Virus record (IMG/VR): IMGVR_UViG_3300042380_000159
Origin: an uncultured virus (IMG/VR IMGVR_UViG_3300042380_000159)
Lineage: Duplodnaviria; Heunggongvirae; Uroviricota; Caudoviricetes
Reading direction: 5' to 3' (one strand)
Length of the DNA: 64,000 nt
Shown here in pieces: positions 17,000 to 26,246 of this stretch (positions are counted from its first letter, which is position 1; every line of letters starts with the position of its first letter). The notes below the pieces were generated by a model. The model searched no databases, was not told the DNA's origin, and saw only the letters and a program-made list of their open reading frames with translations. The translations under genes were made by a program, and so were the position numbers.

Positions 17000-18278
17000 C
17001 GGTCTGCTCCTCCTGTTCGGCCTGGTCCTCGGCGTCGTCGGCCGGGCTGTCTTCTTCCTCGACGGGCGGCGCTGGCATCGGCTCCGGTGCCGGTGCGTCC
17101 TGGCCAACCTTGTCGAGCGTGGTCATGTTGAGTTGCAAGAAGTGCTTGTCGCCGTCTGGCCCAATCGGGTTCAGGTTCTCGGCCTCGCGGATTTCGTTGA
17201 TCGTCATCCAGCCGTTTTGCAGGGCCGACACATAGAACGCCGCCCGGCTTGTGTGGTCCCCGCGCAGCAGGCCGTTGACGTTGTGCTCCGCGAAGTACGT
17301 TTCGTCGTCCACGATCAGGTCACGGCTGATGGCCGCTTCCCACCGCTTCAGGTGCGGCAGCAGGCAGTGCTGCACGAACTCCGTGCCTTGCACTTCGATG
17401 TTCGAGTAGGTGCTGCGGGTCAGGTCTTGGATCATGTGGGGCGGCACGCGGAACGCCCGGCAGATCTCAATCACTTGGTACTGCCGCGTCTCGAGGAACT
17501 GCGCCGCCTCATTGCTGCCGCTCAGTTCGTGGGCCTTCACGCCGTTGGGCAGGACCGCCGTGCGGAACGCCCGATCTGCGCCCCGGTGCATCCGCTCCCA
17601 CTGCTCGCGGAGCCGCTCGGCCGCCTCCACGGGAATGGGGTTATCAGCCTCCAGCACGATGCCGGGCCGGGCACCGTTGCCGAAGTAGGTGCTGCCGTGG
17701 GCCTCCAACGCCTGGGCCAGCCCGATCGCGTTCTGAAAGATCTTGTAGGTGGGGATCGCCCGAATCCCGTCTTCGGTCGTGAACCGCAGGGCGAAGATCT
17801 GCTCTTGCGAATAGGTCGTCTGGCGGCCGTTCGGCTCGCGGTAGATGTACCGCAGGCGGCCGTTCTCCAGCCGCTCGACTTCCATGCGAGACGAGTGCAG
17901 TGGCCACAGTTCCGAGACGGCACCGCGAGCACCGGGGCGAATCTCGGCGTAGCTGGCCCCGTAGTGCAAATACATTCCGGTCATCCAATCGCGGAACTCC
18001 TGCGCCGTCTGCCACGGGTTGGGCTGCTGGTGGAGCAGGCGATACACGGGATGGGCCGTGGCCTTCGCCTTGCCGCCGTTCGCCATCCGCTCGTAGACGT
18101 GGAGCGGCAAAGCGGAGACGGCATCCGAGATGACGCGGATGCAGGCCGTGTAGGCCGAGCAGGCCATGCTGTTGTCGGCGTTGACGCGGATGCCCGAGGG
18201 CGTGCGGCTCGACGAAACCTCGGGCCAGTCGATGCCACGCAGGTCGAACATCCTGAAGTCGGCGGCGTTTTCGCTCAT
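16989..18278 (-). CDS. Portal protein (HK97 family)
   Basis: QPNPWQT, FGNGARP, EICRAFRVPPHMI, WMTINEIR. Confidence 0.95.
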   Translation of the reverse strand: MSENAADFRMFDLRGIDWPEVSSSRTPSGIRVNADNSMACSAYTACIRVISDAVSALPLHVYERMANGGKAKATAHPVYRLLHQQPNPWQTAQEFRDWMTGMYLHYGASYAEIRPGARGAVSELWPLHSSRMEVERLENGRLRYIYREPNGRQTTYSQEQIFALRFTTEDGIRAIPTYKIFQNAIGLAQALEAHGSTYFGNGARPGIVLEADNPIPVEAAERLREQWERMHRGADRAFRTAVLPNGVKAHELSGSNEAAQFLETRQYQVIEICRAFRVPPHMIQDLTRSTYSNIEVQGTEFVQHCLLPHLKRWEAAISRDLIVDDETYFAEHNVNGLLRGDHTSRAAFYVSALQNGWMTINEIREAENLNPIGPDGDKHFLQLNMTTLDKVGQDAPAPEPMPAPPVEEEDSPADDAEDQAEQEEQTDGN

Positions 18279-19876
18279 ATGCTCATGATGTCCCAGGATT
18301 GTTCGGGCGGCGGGGCCGTGGCCGTTGCGTGCAGCCCAAGGGCCATGACCAGCGACACGATGCCGTCGATGCGTTCCGTGCTCTTCGCCTTACTCGGTTT
18401 GATGTTGCCTTGGTGGTCGGTCTGCACCGCTACGTTGCCAGCCATCCACGAGAGCACCGGGTGGTTCGCGTGGCGGATCTTCTCCGACAGCACGAGGTTC
18501 TCCAGCAGCTTCGCTGGGCTGCTCATGGAGCCGTAGCCCTGCCCGAAGCCTGTCACATTCACCCCCTCGCCTTGCAGTTGCGTGGCCAATTGGGTGGCGT
18601 TCCAGCGGTCGATTCCAACCTGCCGGATGTTGAACCGCTGCGACAGCTCCACGATGTCCCGCCGGATCACGTCGTAGTCGGTGACGTTGCCATCGGTCGC
18701 CCTGATGTACCCGTCGCGAATCCAGCCGATGTAGTCCACCTTGTCCCGCTGCGTCCGCTCGGCCGCGTTCTCCTGCGGCACCCAGAAGAACGGCATCACG
18801 TCAAAGGTTCCGTCGTCGGCCTGGCTCACCATCACGAAGGCCGACAAGTCGTAGGTGGTCGCGAGATCGAGGCCCGCATACCACTCCCGCTTTTCCAGTT
18901 CGTCCCGCAGCGGGCCGCCGCACTTGGCCCATGTATCTGGGCTGATCCAGCGAACATCCTGGGTGGTCCAAACATTGAGCCGGTATCGCAGAAACGAATT
19001 GAGCTTTGAGGGCGACTGATCGGCCTCGCGGGCGTCGGCGGCGAAAGACTCCACCGTGATCGTCTCTCCTAGCGATGGGTTCGCCTTGTGCCACGTCTTC
19101 GGGTCTTTCCAATCGTCCTCGGGCGACGCGGCGTAAATGCACCCGAAGAAGGCCGGGTCTGCCGTTGGGTCGGCGATGCACCGCTCCGCGTAGGCATGCT
19201 GCTCCCAGCAGATGCTCTTGCGGTCGTAGCCTGCCGTCGTGATTGAGAGAATGAGCGGCTGCCGACGCGCGGCACCGCCGTACCGGAGAGCGTCCCACAG
19301 CCGCCGGTCCCGCTGCGCGTGGAGCTCATCAAAGAGCAGGGCGTGGATGTTAAGCCCCTCGGCGCGGAACGCATCTGCCGAGAGCACCCGATAGAAAGAG
19401 TTGCTGGCCTTATGCACGATCGTCTTGCGGCTGTCGATCACCTCAAGGTGGCGGGACAACGCAGGCGAGGCCCGCACCATTGACGCGGCTTCCCGGTAGA
19501 TGATGCCAGCCTGCTCACGGTCGCAGGCCGCTCCGTAGATTTCGGCCCCCGGCTCCGAGTCGAAGGCCGTCATGTAGAGGGCGATCCCGGCAAGCGTGGT
19601 GCTCTTGCCCTGCTTCTTCGGAAGTTCGATGTACCCGACGCGATGCTGCCGCGTGCCGTCTGGGTTCAGCCTTCCAAAGAGCTCCCGCATCACATGATGC
19701 TGCCACGGCAGAAGCGTGAACGCCTTGCCCGCGTTCTGCCCCTTGCTGTGCCGCAGGATCTTCTCGAAGAAGTGAACGACGCGCTGGTACTTCGCCTGGC
19801 CCTCGGGCGTGAGATCATGCCCCGTGGACTTTGAAGAACTCTTCGACTTCGTCGGTTGGCTTTTCTTCCTTGGCAC
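18275..19876 (-). CDS. terL: Terminase large subunit
   Basis: PKKQGKST Walker A, FDELH, GLDLA, RIDG. Confidence 0.95.
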   Translation of the reverse strand: MPRKKSQPTKSKSSSKSTGHDLTPEGQAKYQRVVHFFEKILRHSKGQNAGKAFTLLPWQHHVMRELFGRLNPDGTRQHRVGYIELPKKQGKSTTLAGIALYMTAFDSEPGAEIYGAACDREQAGIIYREAASMVRASPALSRHLEVIDSRKTIVHKASNSFYRVLSADAFRAEGLNIHALLFDELHAQRDRRLWDALRYGGAARRQPLILSITTAGYDRKSICWEQHAYAERCIADPTADPAFFGCIYAASPEDDWKDPKTWHKANPSLGETITVESFAADAREADQSPSKLNSFLRYRLNVWTTQDVRWISPDTWAKCGGPLRDELEKREWYAGLDLATTYDLSAFVMVSQADDGTFDVMPFFWVPQENAAERTQRDKVDYIGWIRDGYIRATDGNVTDYDVIRRDIVELSQRFNIRQVGIDRWNATQLATQLQGEGVNVTGFGQGYGSMSSPAKLLENLVLSEKIRHANHPVLSWMAGNVAVQTDHQGNIKPSKAKSTERIDGIVSLVMALGLHATATAPPPEQSWDIMSI

Positions 19877-20288
19877 CGAGCCGTGTCCTACTGGTCGGGG
19901 TCAATCCAAACTCGCCCATTAGCGACGCCTGGAGCGCCACTAAACTTCGATATAGAGGGCCTGCCGGGTTCGGCTTCACGCCCCCGAGGTCCGTCCGCAT
20001 CACCGGGCCGGTCGCCCGCAACTCCAAAAGGCACGCCTGCGTTGCAGCATAGACCTCGCATAAAGTCGCCAAGGCTTCGCCATCGGCCTGCGTGAGCGTG
20101 CCGAGTTCGAGCAGGAGCGGCACAAACTCGTTCCACTTCGCCACGGCCTGGGGCTCGACCATCAATCGCTGCGGCATCGGCGGCGCACCGGACGGGGCCG
20201 GGAGGTCGGGGCGAATCGCACGCTTGCCGGGGTTGCCGAGCAGCTTGCGGGCTGCGGCAGGCATCGGCTTGGGACCGCGTTTACCCAT
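19815..20288 (-). CDS. terS: Terminase small subunit (P27 family)
   Basis: RGPKP...GNPGKR...NP...EFGLTPTSR. Confidence 0.9.
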   Translation of the reverse strand: MGKRGPKPMPAAARKLLGNPGKRAIRPDLPAPSGAPPMPQRLMVEPQAVAKWNEFVPLLLELGTLTQADGEALATLCEVYAATQACLLELRATGPVMRTDLGGVKPNPAGPLYRSLVALQASLMGEFGLTPTSRTRLGAKEEKPTDEVEEFFKVHGA

Positions 20289-20364
20289 GATGGTCAAAAA
20301 ACCCGGTGAAACTTGCGGCCGCGCGCACGCGGCTAAACCGTGGGGTTTGTATAACGCCAACCCC

Positions 20365-20703
20365 CTATGATCCGACCCGCCCCCCGTTGTTGCATTTTGC
20401 GGCAGTCTCCTGCCGTGTCTTCCTGCCGTGGCACCTCACGCACAGCGTTCTGAGATTCTCCATCACGTCCTGCCCGCCCTGTGCCTTGGGTGTGATGTGA
20501 TCGACGTGGGCTTCACGCTTGTCCGCACACACACGCCCACAGTCTTGGCAGGCCCATGCGTCACGCACTAAGACTCTTTGACGCAGGGCATACCACGCTC
20601 GTGAGCAGTAGCCTCGAGCAGCTGCGTTGGGCCTGGCTGAGTCGTCACGCCTTGGCTGTGTTCTCAGCCTGGGCGGCCTGTGGCTTGGTATGCGTGCTGG
20701 CAT
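20365..20703 (-). CDS. Terminase-associated HNH endonuclease
   Basis: CQDC...VDHITP...NLRTLC..CH. Confidence 0.9.
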   Translation of the reverse strand: MPARIPSHRPPRLRTQPRRDDSARPNAAARGYCSRAWYALRQRVLVRDAWACQDCGRVCADKREAHVDHITPKAQGGQDVMENLRTLCVRCHGRKTRQETAAKCNNGGRVGS

Positions 20704-20709
20704 GCGTTC

Positions 20710-20740
20710 AGCCTATGGGCCGCGTCCAGCCCGCTTGCAG
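20710..20740 (-). promoter_or_regulatory. Putative late promoter CTGCAAG-N18-TAGGCT
   Basis: Motif recurs six times upstream of late genes; 6 nt to the ATG. Confidence 0.65.
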
Positions 20741-20765
20741 CCGTCTTTCGCCGCTATAGCGCACT

Positions 20766-21086
20766 TCAGGCTGGCGGCTCTGGCAGCGGCATCCAGTGAG
20801 TGAACCCACGCATCGCCATGCACAAGTCGCCGCCCCAGTCGAGCGATTCGCCATCTAGTCTGGCGAGGCAGGTCGGCTCTGACAGGTTTGGGTTGAACCA
20901 AAGCACCCACTCGCCCTCGTCCGGCAGACGCTCGCCAACAGGAATCCACCGACGTTCAGATCGCAGGCGATTGATCTCACTTGCTGCCTCCTCCATCCAC
21001 GCCTCAAGCACGAACTCGTAGCAGCCGAGGTCTTCAGTGCGGTGGGCCAGCAGGCTTTCGATAGCGCCAACAACGTCTCGCTTCAC
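20766..21086 (-). CDS. DUF551-domain protein
   Basis: RWIPVGERLP...THWMPLPEPP. Confidence 0.85.
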   Translation of the reverse strand: MKRDVVGAIESLLAHRTEDLGCYEFVLEAWMEEAASEINRLRSERRWIPVGERLPDEGEWVLWFNPNLSEPTCLARLDGESLDWGGDLCMAMRGFTHWMPLPEPPA

Positions 21087-21109
21087 GACTCTCCCTTCGC
21101 TCAAGAGCG

Positions 21110-21430
21110 TCATTCAATCCCAAGAGCCTTGAATGCCACTCGCCGCAGGTCGGCAATGTGATGCTCTGCCGCCCGCATCGCCCCCGCTGATCCCGCACCT
21201 TCGGTCGGCCTGACGCCAGCATTCCAGAGATCATCCATAAGGCACTGCGCCTGCGCCATGCGAATAGTCAGGAGTGGCTTCATCTCGGCGTTTTCTGCAA
21301 TCGTCTCCCACTGAACGGTGGCGATCTTCGTCTCGCCGCCGTTGAGTCTGCCAAACGCTGCAATCTCAACACTGTCCGACCAGGGAGCCGCCTTCGCTCG
21401 CACCCTATCGTCGTAGTTCAGCATCGCCAT
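21110..21430 (-). CDS. Hypothetical accessory protein (slot B cargo)
   Basis: ORF with SD between conserved joints. Confidence 0.7.
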   Translation of the reverse strand: MAMLNYDDRVRAKAAPWSDSVEIAAFGRLNGGETKIATVQWETIAENAEMKPLLTIRMAQAQCLMDDLWNAGVRPTEGAGSAGAMRAAEHHIADLRRVAFKALGIE

Positions 21431-21457
21431 CAATGTCCCTCTCTGATTTCTGTAGCG

Positions 21458-21835
21458 TCACTTCGTCCGTTCCAGCAAGGCGCGAAGCGTGACCGCGCAC
21501 CGCTGGTGCATCTGGTCAGCGACAGTGACGCAGTGCGCCGCCTTAAATTCAATCGCCTCCCGCTCCTTGTCGGTGAGCCGCAGGCGGGCGATCTCGCCTT
21601 GGTACTTCGCGTCCGCTTGGTCTGCTGCGGCACGGAGTTCCTTTAGCCGCCCTTTCAGCCTAAAAATTTCATCGTCCAAAAATGCCCAATCGGATCGCGG
21701 AGACTTGCTGCGCAACTCTCCAATCACTGCCCGCAGTCCAATAATCTCGGCCCGCGCGTCCCGAAGGGTCTGATCCGCGCCTGCGAAGTCATCGTCCTCC
21801 AGCCAATCAGAAATCCGGTCTACAACGTCTTTCAT
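21458..21835 (-). CDS. Hypothetical coiled-coil accessory protein (slot C cargo)
   Basis: ORF between conserved joints. Confidence 0.7.
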   Translation of the reverse strand: MKDVVDRISDWLEDDDFAGADQTLRDARAEIIGLRAVIGELRSKSPRSDWAFLDDEIFRLKGRLKELRAAADQADAKYQGEIARLRLTDKEREAIEFKAAHCVTVADQMHQRCAVTLRALLERTK

Positions 21836-21887
21836 GTCTGCACCTGCGGCGTGTTGTGCAACTATCCGGCGATTCCGGTGGGTCCGC

Positions 21888-22106
21888 TCATACCAGCAAA
21901 CTCGTCAATTCGTAAGGAATGATCGCCCGAATTTCTTCCAGAATCTTCGCCGTCTCAGGCGACGGCTCGCCGTGATTGAGGACGGCCCGACAGCGGTTGT
22001 CGATCAGCTCCAGTGCGATCAGCGCCTCGCGGCCAGCCAGCGCGTAGCGATGCTCCCGCTCGTCATCCGGGTCGCTCAGGTCGAATTTCAGGATCGCGTG
22101 TGCCAT
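21888..22106 (-). CDS. Conserved 72-aa protein
   Basis: Ortholog of 57947-58165. Confidence 0.8.
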   Translation of the reverse strand: MAHAILKFDLSDPDDEREHRYALAGREALIALELIDNRCRAVLNHGEPSPETAKILEEIRAIIPYELTSLLV

Positions 22107-22432
22107 GTTTCGCCTTTCGCGAATTGCGAACGCCCAGATTGTATCAGCATTCATACGGGAAAAGTGTCATTTTTGATACGTTTTGGGAACACGTTCCTGC
22201 GTCGTGTCGCTGCTATTTACAAAACCTATGCACTTGCGCCGAACTACCTAGCCTTCGCTCTTCTCTGGTGCGATAGCGCACTGTCGCAGGGTGTGCCACT
22301 GGGGCGGCCCACTCGTCGCCAAGCCGTTGTCGGGCTGCGTTACGTCTCGCCCCAACCCGCCGTCAACGTCATGGCCGAGATGTGGCGTCCGGCCTGTTGA
22401 CGGCGAGCAAAGTGTTTTGTCTCTCTCTGGTG

Positions 22433-22672
22433 CTATAGCGCATCGACGGCCCGCGAGGCGAACCACTCGCGAGACTCATCGCTGGCCTTGTAGCCATCGT
22501 CGTCGCATTCCAGCCCTTCGACGCACTGGGCGTAGGCTGCGAAGGCAGTCAGGAACACCTCGCCGCACATGCCGATCTTCTGGCAAAGCGACCGGGCGTA
22601 TTCGTATGCCAGCGGCGGCAACTGGTTCTGCGGGATGTAAAGCATTTCCATCCCGCGCTTCACGGCATCCAT
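22433..22672 (-). CDS. Hypothetical accessory protein under its own promoter
   Basis: Strong SD GAAAGGAAGGTGAGG before the ATG. Confidence 0.75.
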   Translation of the reverse strand: MDAVKRGMEMLYIPQNQLPPLAYEYARSLCQKIGMCGEVFLTAFAAYAQCVEGLECDDDGYKASDESREWFASRAVDAL

Positions 22673-22696
22673 GCCTCACCTTCCTTTCGTGGCGTG

Positions 22697-22724
22697 ATTA
22701 TACCCCATCGGCAAGGCGGCGCAA
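22697..22724 (-). promoter_or_regulatory. Sigma70-like promoter TTGCGC-N16-TATAAT
   Basis: Conserved in unit 2 as TTGCGC-N16-TAGAAT (58852-58879). Confidence 0.75.
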
Positions 22725-22815
22725 TGCCTTTTCACGACCGCCTCTAAGGTGTATACGGTCGCGCCGAACTATCCGGAGATTCCGGATCGTTGCCGTATGT
22801 TGTGGGAAGAGCGCA

Positions 22816-23133
22816 CTACGCCATCGGCGGATCGGGCGGAAGCAACGCAACCGCTTCCGACCAGGGCAGCACCTCAACGCTCGCCCCCAGCACCGCCTTG
22901 TCCGCAGCCTCCCACATCGCGTGGAGCAAACCTCCTGGTTCGATCTCGGTCAGCAAGTCGCCGGGAAGCAACAGCCGACCGTCAACCAGCGTTCGCGGCC
23001 CTGGTCCGCACGCTGGAGAGCCATGCTGCCGGTGCAACTCTGCCAGCCGCACGGCCAGTTGCGCCGGGAACACCAGCGCAAAGCCGCGAGCATCGGCGTA
23101 GGAAATCGGCAGCGTCAGGTCTGCGAGTTTCAC
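22816..23133 (-). CDS. Conserved hypothetical protein
   Basis: Ortholog of 59605-59922. Confidence 0.8.
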   Translation of the reverse strand: MKLADLTLPISYADARGFALVFPAQLAVRLAELHRQHGSPACGPGPRTLVDGRLLLPGDLLTEIEPGGLLHAMWEAADKAVLGASVEVLPWSEAVALLPPDPPMA

Positions 23134-24014
23134 AGTTGCCTCCCTAGCGCCGTCTGGAACGTCTGCATGGCGGTATAAAACGCCGACGCCTGCGAGGCCG
23201 TCATCGACAGCCCTAGCGAGTACCCTTGCAGCGTTGCCGTGAGAAACTGGTCGGCCGTGCCTTGGTTGTTTCGGGCGAACACAAACGTAGCGCCTGGGCT
23301 GACCGAAGACCATGTATTTGCATTTGACACAGCCACTGTTAGGTTGAGGTCTGTGCCCTGCCTATATGCCTTAGCGTCGCTGCCATTTCGCATTGCGATG
23401 ATGTGGCCCGAACGGTTTGCGCCAGACAATGTGGCCCCCTCAATGCCGCTGTTAGTGGCACCGCCTGAGCGGTAATACAACTGGTTTAGTCCGCCGAACG
23501 CGAGGGCTTGCCAAGTTGCTCCAAGCACGCCACCGCCAAACGCACCGACAACGCAGTTGTTGGCCGTAATTGCCACTCGCGAGTACCACGACATATGCGT
23601 GTCGGTGTTCACCATCCCGGCGGTAACAGGGTCAAATCCTGTCGCCAGCCGCTTCGTAGAGCCGTCGCCAGTGAGCCCGCCACTCGTTGTCGTTTCAACG
23701 TAGTTAGCGGGGACAAAATTTCCGCTGACGTTAGTATCCGTTGCGTTGCCCCACTGCGTGCCCGTGCGGCTCGCGCCGCGATAAAGCGGAACGAGGCAGG
23801 CTTCTAAGCCGGTGCCGCAAAACAGATTCAACCGCAGGAGTGTTGCCCGCAGGCCCGATGTGGCGTCGATGCTGCGGCAGAAATCCGACACGGCCTTCAG
23901 CGTGGCAGGCGAAACAGTGCCGCCGTTGGCGATGACTGCGTTTCGCCAGACCTCCGCCTCCGGGTGGAACGCGCTGCTCGCACGAGGCCGAAGAAGCCGG
24001 GCGGACATAGGCAT
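23130..24014 (-). CDS. Beta-rich virion/adsorption protein candidate (LamG-like fold suspected)
   Basis: Homolog of 59922-60794; Gly/Thr/Asn-rich. Confidence 0.6.
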   Translation of the reverse strand: MPMSARLLRPRASSAFHPEAEVWRNAVIANGGTVSPATLKAVSDFCRSIDATSGLRATLLRLNLFCGTGLEACLVPLYRGASRTGTQWGNATDTNVSGNFVPANYVETTTSGGLTGDGSTKRLATGFDPVTAGMVNTDTHMSWYSRVAITANNCVVGAFGGGVLGATWQALAFGGLNQLYYRSGGATNSGIEGATLSGANRSGHIIAMRNGSDAKAYRQGTDLNLTVAVSNANTWSSVSPGATFVFARNNQGTADQFLTATLQGYSLGLSMTASQASAFYTAMQTFQTALGRQL

Positions 24015-24052
24015 GGAAGTGCGCTCTTGTAGGTGAGAGAGTGCGGCGAGCG

Positions 24053-24409
24053 TTAGCTCTTGAACATCACAAAGCCGGTCGTGCCCGTGCTGTTGGTCGT
24101 GGCCGACACGATCTTCAGAAACTCCGTGCCGAAGACCTCATCGGGCAGACTGTAGGCCCGGCCCTCAGTGGTGGATGGCGCGAGCGTGAGATCGGCCACG
24201 CTGCCATCGGCCTTGTAGAGTCGGCGGAAGGTTCCGGTGGGCGTTGCGCCGACCCACATCTGGAGCGTGCTGGCAGCGGTGGACATGGTGCCGATGGAGA
24301 GGATGGCACCGGCAACGTCACGCATGTCGAGCGTGGTGGCCAGGCTGGTCGCAGTGTGCAGCGTGATGTCAAAGTCGCGGTATGAGCGGCTGATCGTGGC
24401 GTTAGACAT
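24053..24409 (-). CDS. Hypothetical beta-rich protein
   Basis: AGGAG SD; late-promoter motif at 24429-24458. Confidence 0.7.
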   Translation of the reverse strand: MSNATISRSYRDFDITLHTATSLATTLDMRDVAGAILSIGTMSTAASTLQMWVGATPTGTFRRLYKADGSVADLTLAPSTTEGRAYSLPDEVFGTEFLKIVSATTNSTGTTGFVMFKS

Positions 24410-24476
24410 TTTTTTCTCCTGTGCCTTAAGCGTATTGGCCGGTCGGTTTCACTTGCAGACGCCGGAATCGCTCGCC

Positions 24477-24737
24477 TCAGTTGTGCCGGTCGGTGTCGGG
24501 CAGGCTTGTCGCGGCAGACTTTGGTTGTAGGGCATACAGCAAGCGGGTCTGCTCTTTGATCGCGCTGCCGATCTCGCGCTGCGTCTCGCCCAGCTGCTGG
24601 ACGAACTCTTGATGCGCCGCCACGAGCGGGAGCAGCACGTCCTGCCGCAGCACCCAGCCGAAGGCGATGGCCACCAAGGTGGGAAATCCCCACCGCTCGA
24701 TGATTGAAAACAGCGTGTTCTTTGCGTCGTCGGTCAT
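24477..24737 (-). CDS. Holin-like membrane protein
   Basis: Single TM (WGFPTLVAIAFGWVL) plus coiled coil; ortholog of 63217-63477. Confidence 0.55.
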   Translation of the reverse strand: MTDDAKNTLFSIIERWGFPTLVAIAFGWVLRQDVLLPLVAAHQEFVQQLGETQREIGSAIKEQTRLLYALQPKSAATSLPDTDRHN

Positions 24738-25075
24738 CGCCGCATCTCCGTCTGCCAGCCTACAAGTGCGATCCGATTGCTGGCAGATTTCATCCACCAC
24801 GCCAGCACCGCTTTGACGATCTCCTGAATGAGCACACCCAGCACAAGCGAGAGGATGATGCCCATGCGGACGTTCTGCCGTTCGCTGCGTTCGATGCTGG
24901 CGGAAACCTGCTCAAGCATCACGCCGTAGGAGTCGGGCCGGGCTTGCGAGATCGCCACCGTGGGCCACTTGCGGACCACGCGCCGCACCAGGCGGGAGAC
25001 GAGCGGCCGCCCGGCAAGGTGCTTCCTGGCCGAGAGGCTGGACCACACGGCGGCGTCGAGGTCTTCGAGGCTCAT
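24734..25075 (-). CDS. Membrane protein
   Basis: Hydrophobic segment GIILSLVLGVLI; ortholog of 63474-63815. Confidence 0.7.
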   Translation of the reverse strand: MSLEDLDAAVWSSLSARKHLAGRPLVSRLVRRVVRKWPTVAISQARPDSYGVMLEQVSASIERSERQNVRMGIILSLVLGVLIQEIVKAVLAWWMKSASNRIALVGWQTEMRR

Positions 25076-25332
25076 TTGGCCACCTTCTTTCCGGTGCCTT
25101 TGCAGACGGGGCACGTCATCACGATCCGGCCGTCACCGATTTTCCCGGTGCCATCGCAGTTGTCGCACTTGTCCGACGCCGGGGCCGGTGCCATCTCTTG
25201 GCTGAGCTTGACGCTCATGCGGGCCGTCTCGCAGGCGAGATCCGCCACGATGTCGGGGTGGTCGTGGGCCGGGGCTCCGCAGCCTCTGGCAAAGAGCAGG
25301 AACGTGCCCGTGACAAGGGCCGCAGTCTTCAT
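25072..25332 (-). CDS. Putative lipoprotein with DnaJ-type CxxCxGxG zinc finger
   Basis: Signal with GC, then CDNCDGTG and CPVCKGTG. Confidence 0.7.
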   Translation of the reverse strand: MKTAALVTGTFLLFARGCGAPAHDHPDIVADLACETARMSVKLSQEMAPAPASDKCDNCDGTGKIGDGRIVMTCPVCKGTGKKVAK

Positions 25333-26243
25333 AGGACGCCTCCGGTCCAATCGGGCAGCGTGCGCGGCGGAAAGCCCGAGTAGCCAGAGAGGGCAAAGGA
25401 GTCTTCGCCCGGCCCGATCATGCGGGTGAAGTCTTTCGCCCTCACCCACCCGGCGCAACGCTGGAACTGCGGCGGCAGGTTCGTGTCATACGTCCCCGAG
25501 TAGCAGTCCGCCCAACTGTTCACGACCAAGATCGCAGGCTCAGGATTCCACTTCACCGCAGCCGCCATTTGGCAATGAGCCCACGAGCCCATCGGCGTCA
25601 TGTAGCCATCACGCAGCGTCATGGAAAAACCCATGCCGCTACAAATGGCGACCGGATAGCCATTCTGGAGTGCCCGCGCCGTATCCTCGAACGTCTTCAC
25701 CAGGGCCACGCTTGAAACCTTGTGCTTCGCAGCGAACGGCTCGAACCGATCCGGCACGCCGTCGCGGCCCCATTCCTTTTCCCGCTGGCCCGAGTTGTCG
25801 GTGAACGCCACGCCGTCGTAATTCACGCCGTAGTGCAGGGTGCCGTAGTTCGTCACGGCCTTCGCTGCCGCGCCGCCGTAGGATCCATCGCCCCCTAGGT
25901 TCCGGCCGCCGCGAACTTCGCAGCGCGAGAACCCATAGATCGAAGCCTCGAGCACCCGCCCGCCGTAACTCTCCGTCTCATTGCGTAACAGGATGTCACA
26001 GGCCGCGAGGATGTCACACGACAAGGCCCAACCCCAGCCGACGCACGAGCCGATCTTCTGTGCCCCACGCTTCCAATCGGGGGCCACTCGCAGCAGGTAG
26101 TGCCCGAGGTTCACATCCTTCCGCTCGTCAAGCACCAGATCGGGGCCAGCCTGCGCGAGCGTCGGCCGGGCCAGCGACGCTAGAAAATCGTCGGTGCCCT
26201 TCCGGTCGGGCTGATAGCCCATCAAGGGAATGAAGTCGGCCAC
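25329..26243 (-). CDS. Papain-like (C1) cysteine peptidase
   Basis: QKIGSCVGW, AHC, VNSW: Gln/Cys-His-Asn in papain order. Confidence 0.8.
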   Translation of the reverse strand: MADFIPLMGYQPDRKGTDDFLASLARPTLAQAGPDLVLDERKDVNLGHYLLRVAPDWKRGAQKIGSCVGWGWALSCDILAACDILLRNETESYGGRVLEASIYGFSRCEVRGGRNLGGDGSYGGAAAKAVTNYGTLHYGVNYDGVAFTDNSGQREKEWGRDGVPDRFEPFAAKHKVSSVALVKTFEDTARALQNGYPVAICSGMGFSMTLRDGYMTPMGSWAHCQMAAAVKWNPEPAILVVNSWADCYSGTYDTNLPPQFQRCAGWVRAKDFTRMIGPGEDSFALSGYSGFPPRTLPDWTGGVL

Positions 26244-26246
26244 GGT

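Noticed and set aside
14638..18536. Long + strand ORFs (617 and 535 aa) and similar ORFs elsewhere
   Set aside because: Antisense shadows of capsid, portal and other genes, expected at high GC
20745..22830. Classical integron attC sites
   Set aside because: The joints lack GTTRRRY/RYYYAAC ends and long dyad symmetry, and no IntI-type integrase was recognised; reported as a distinct architecture instead
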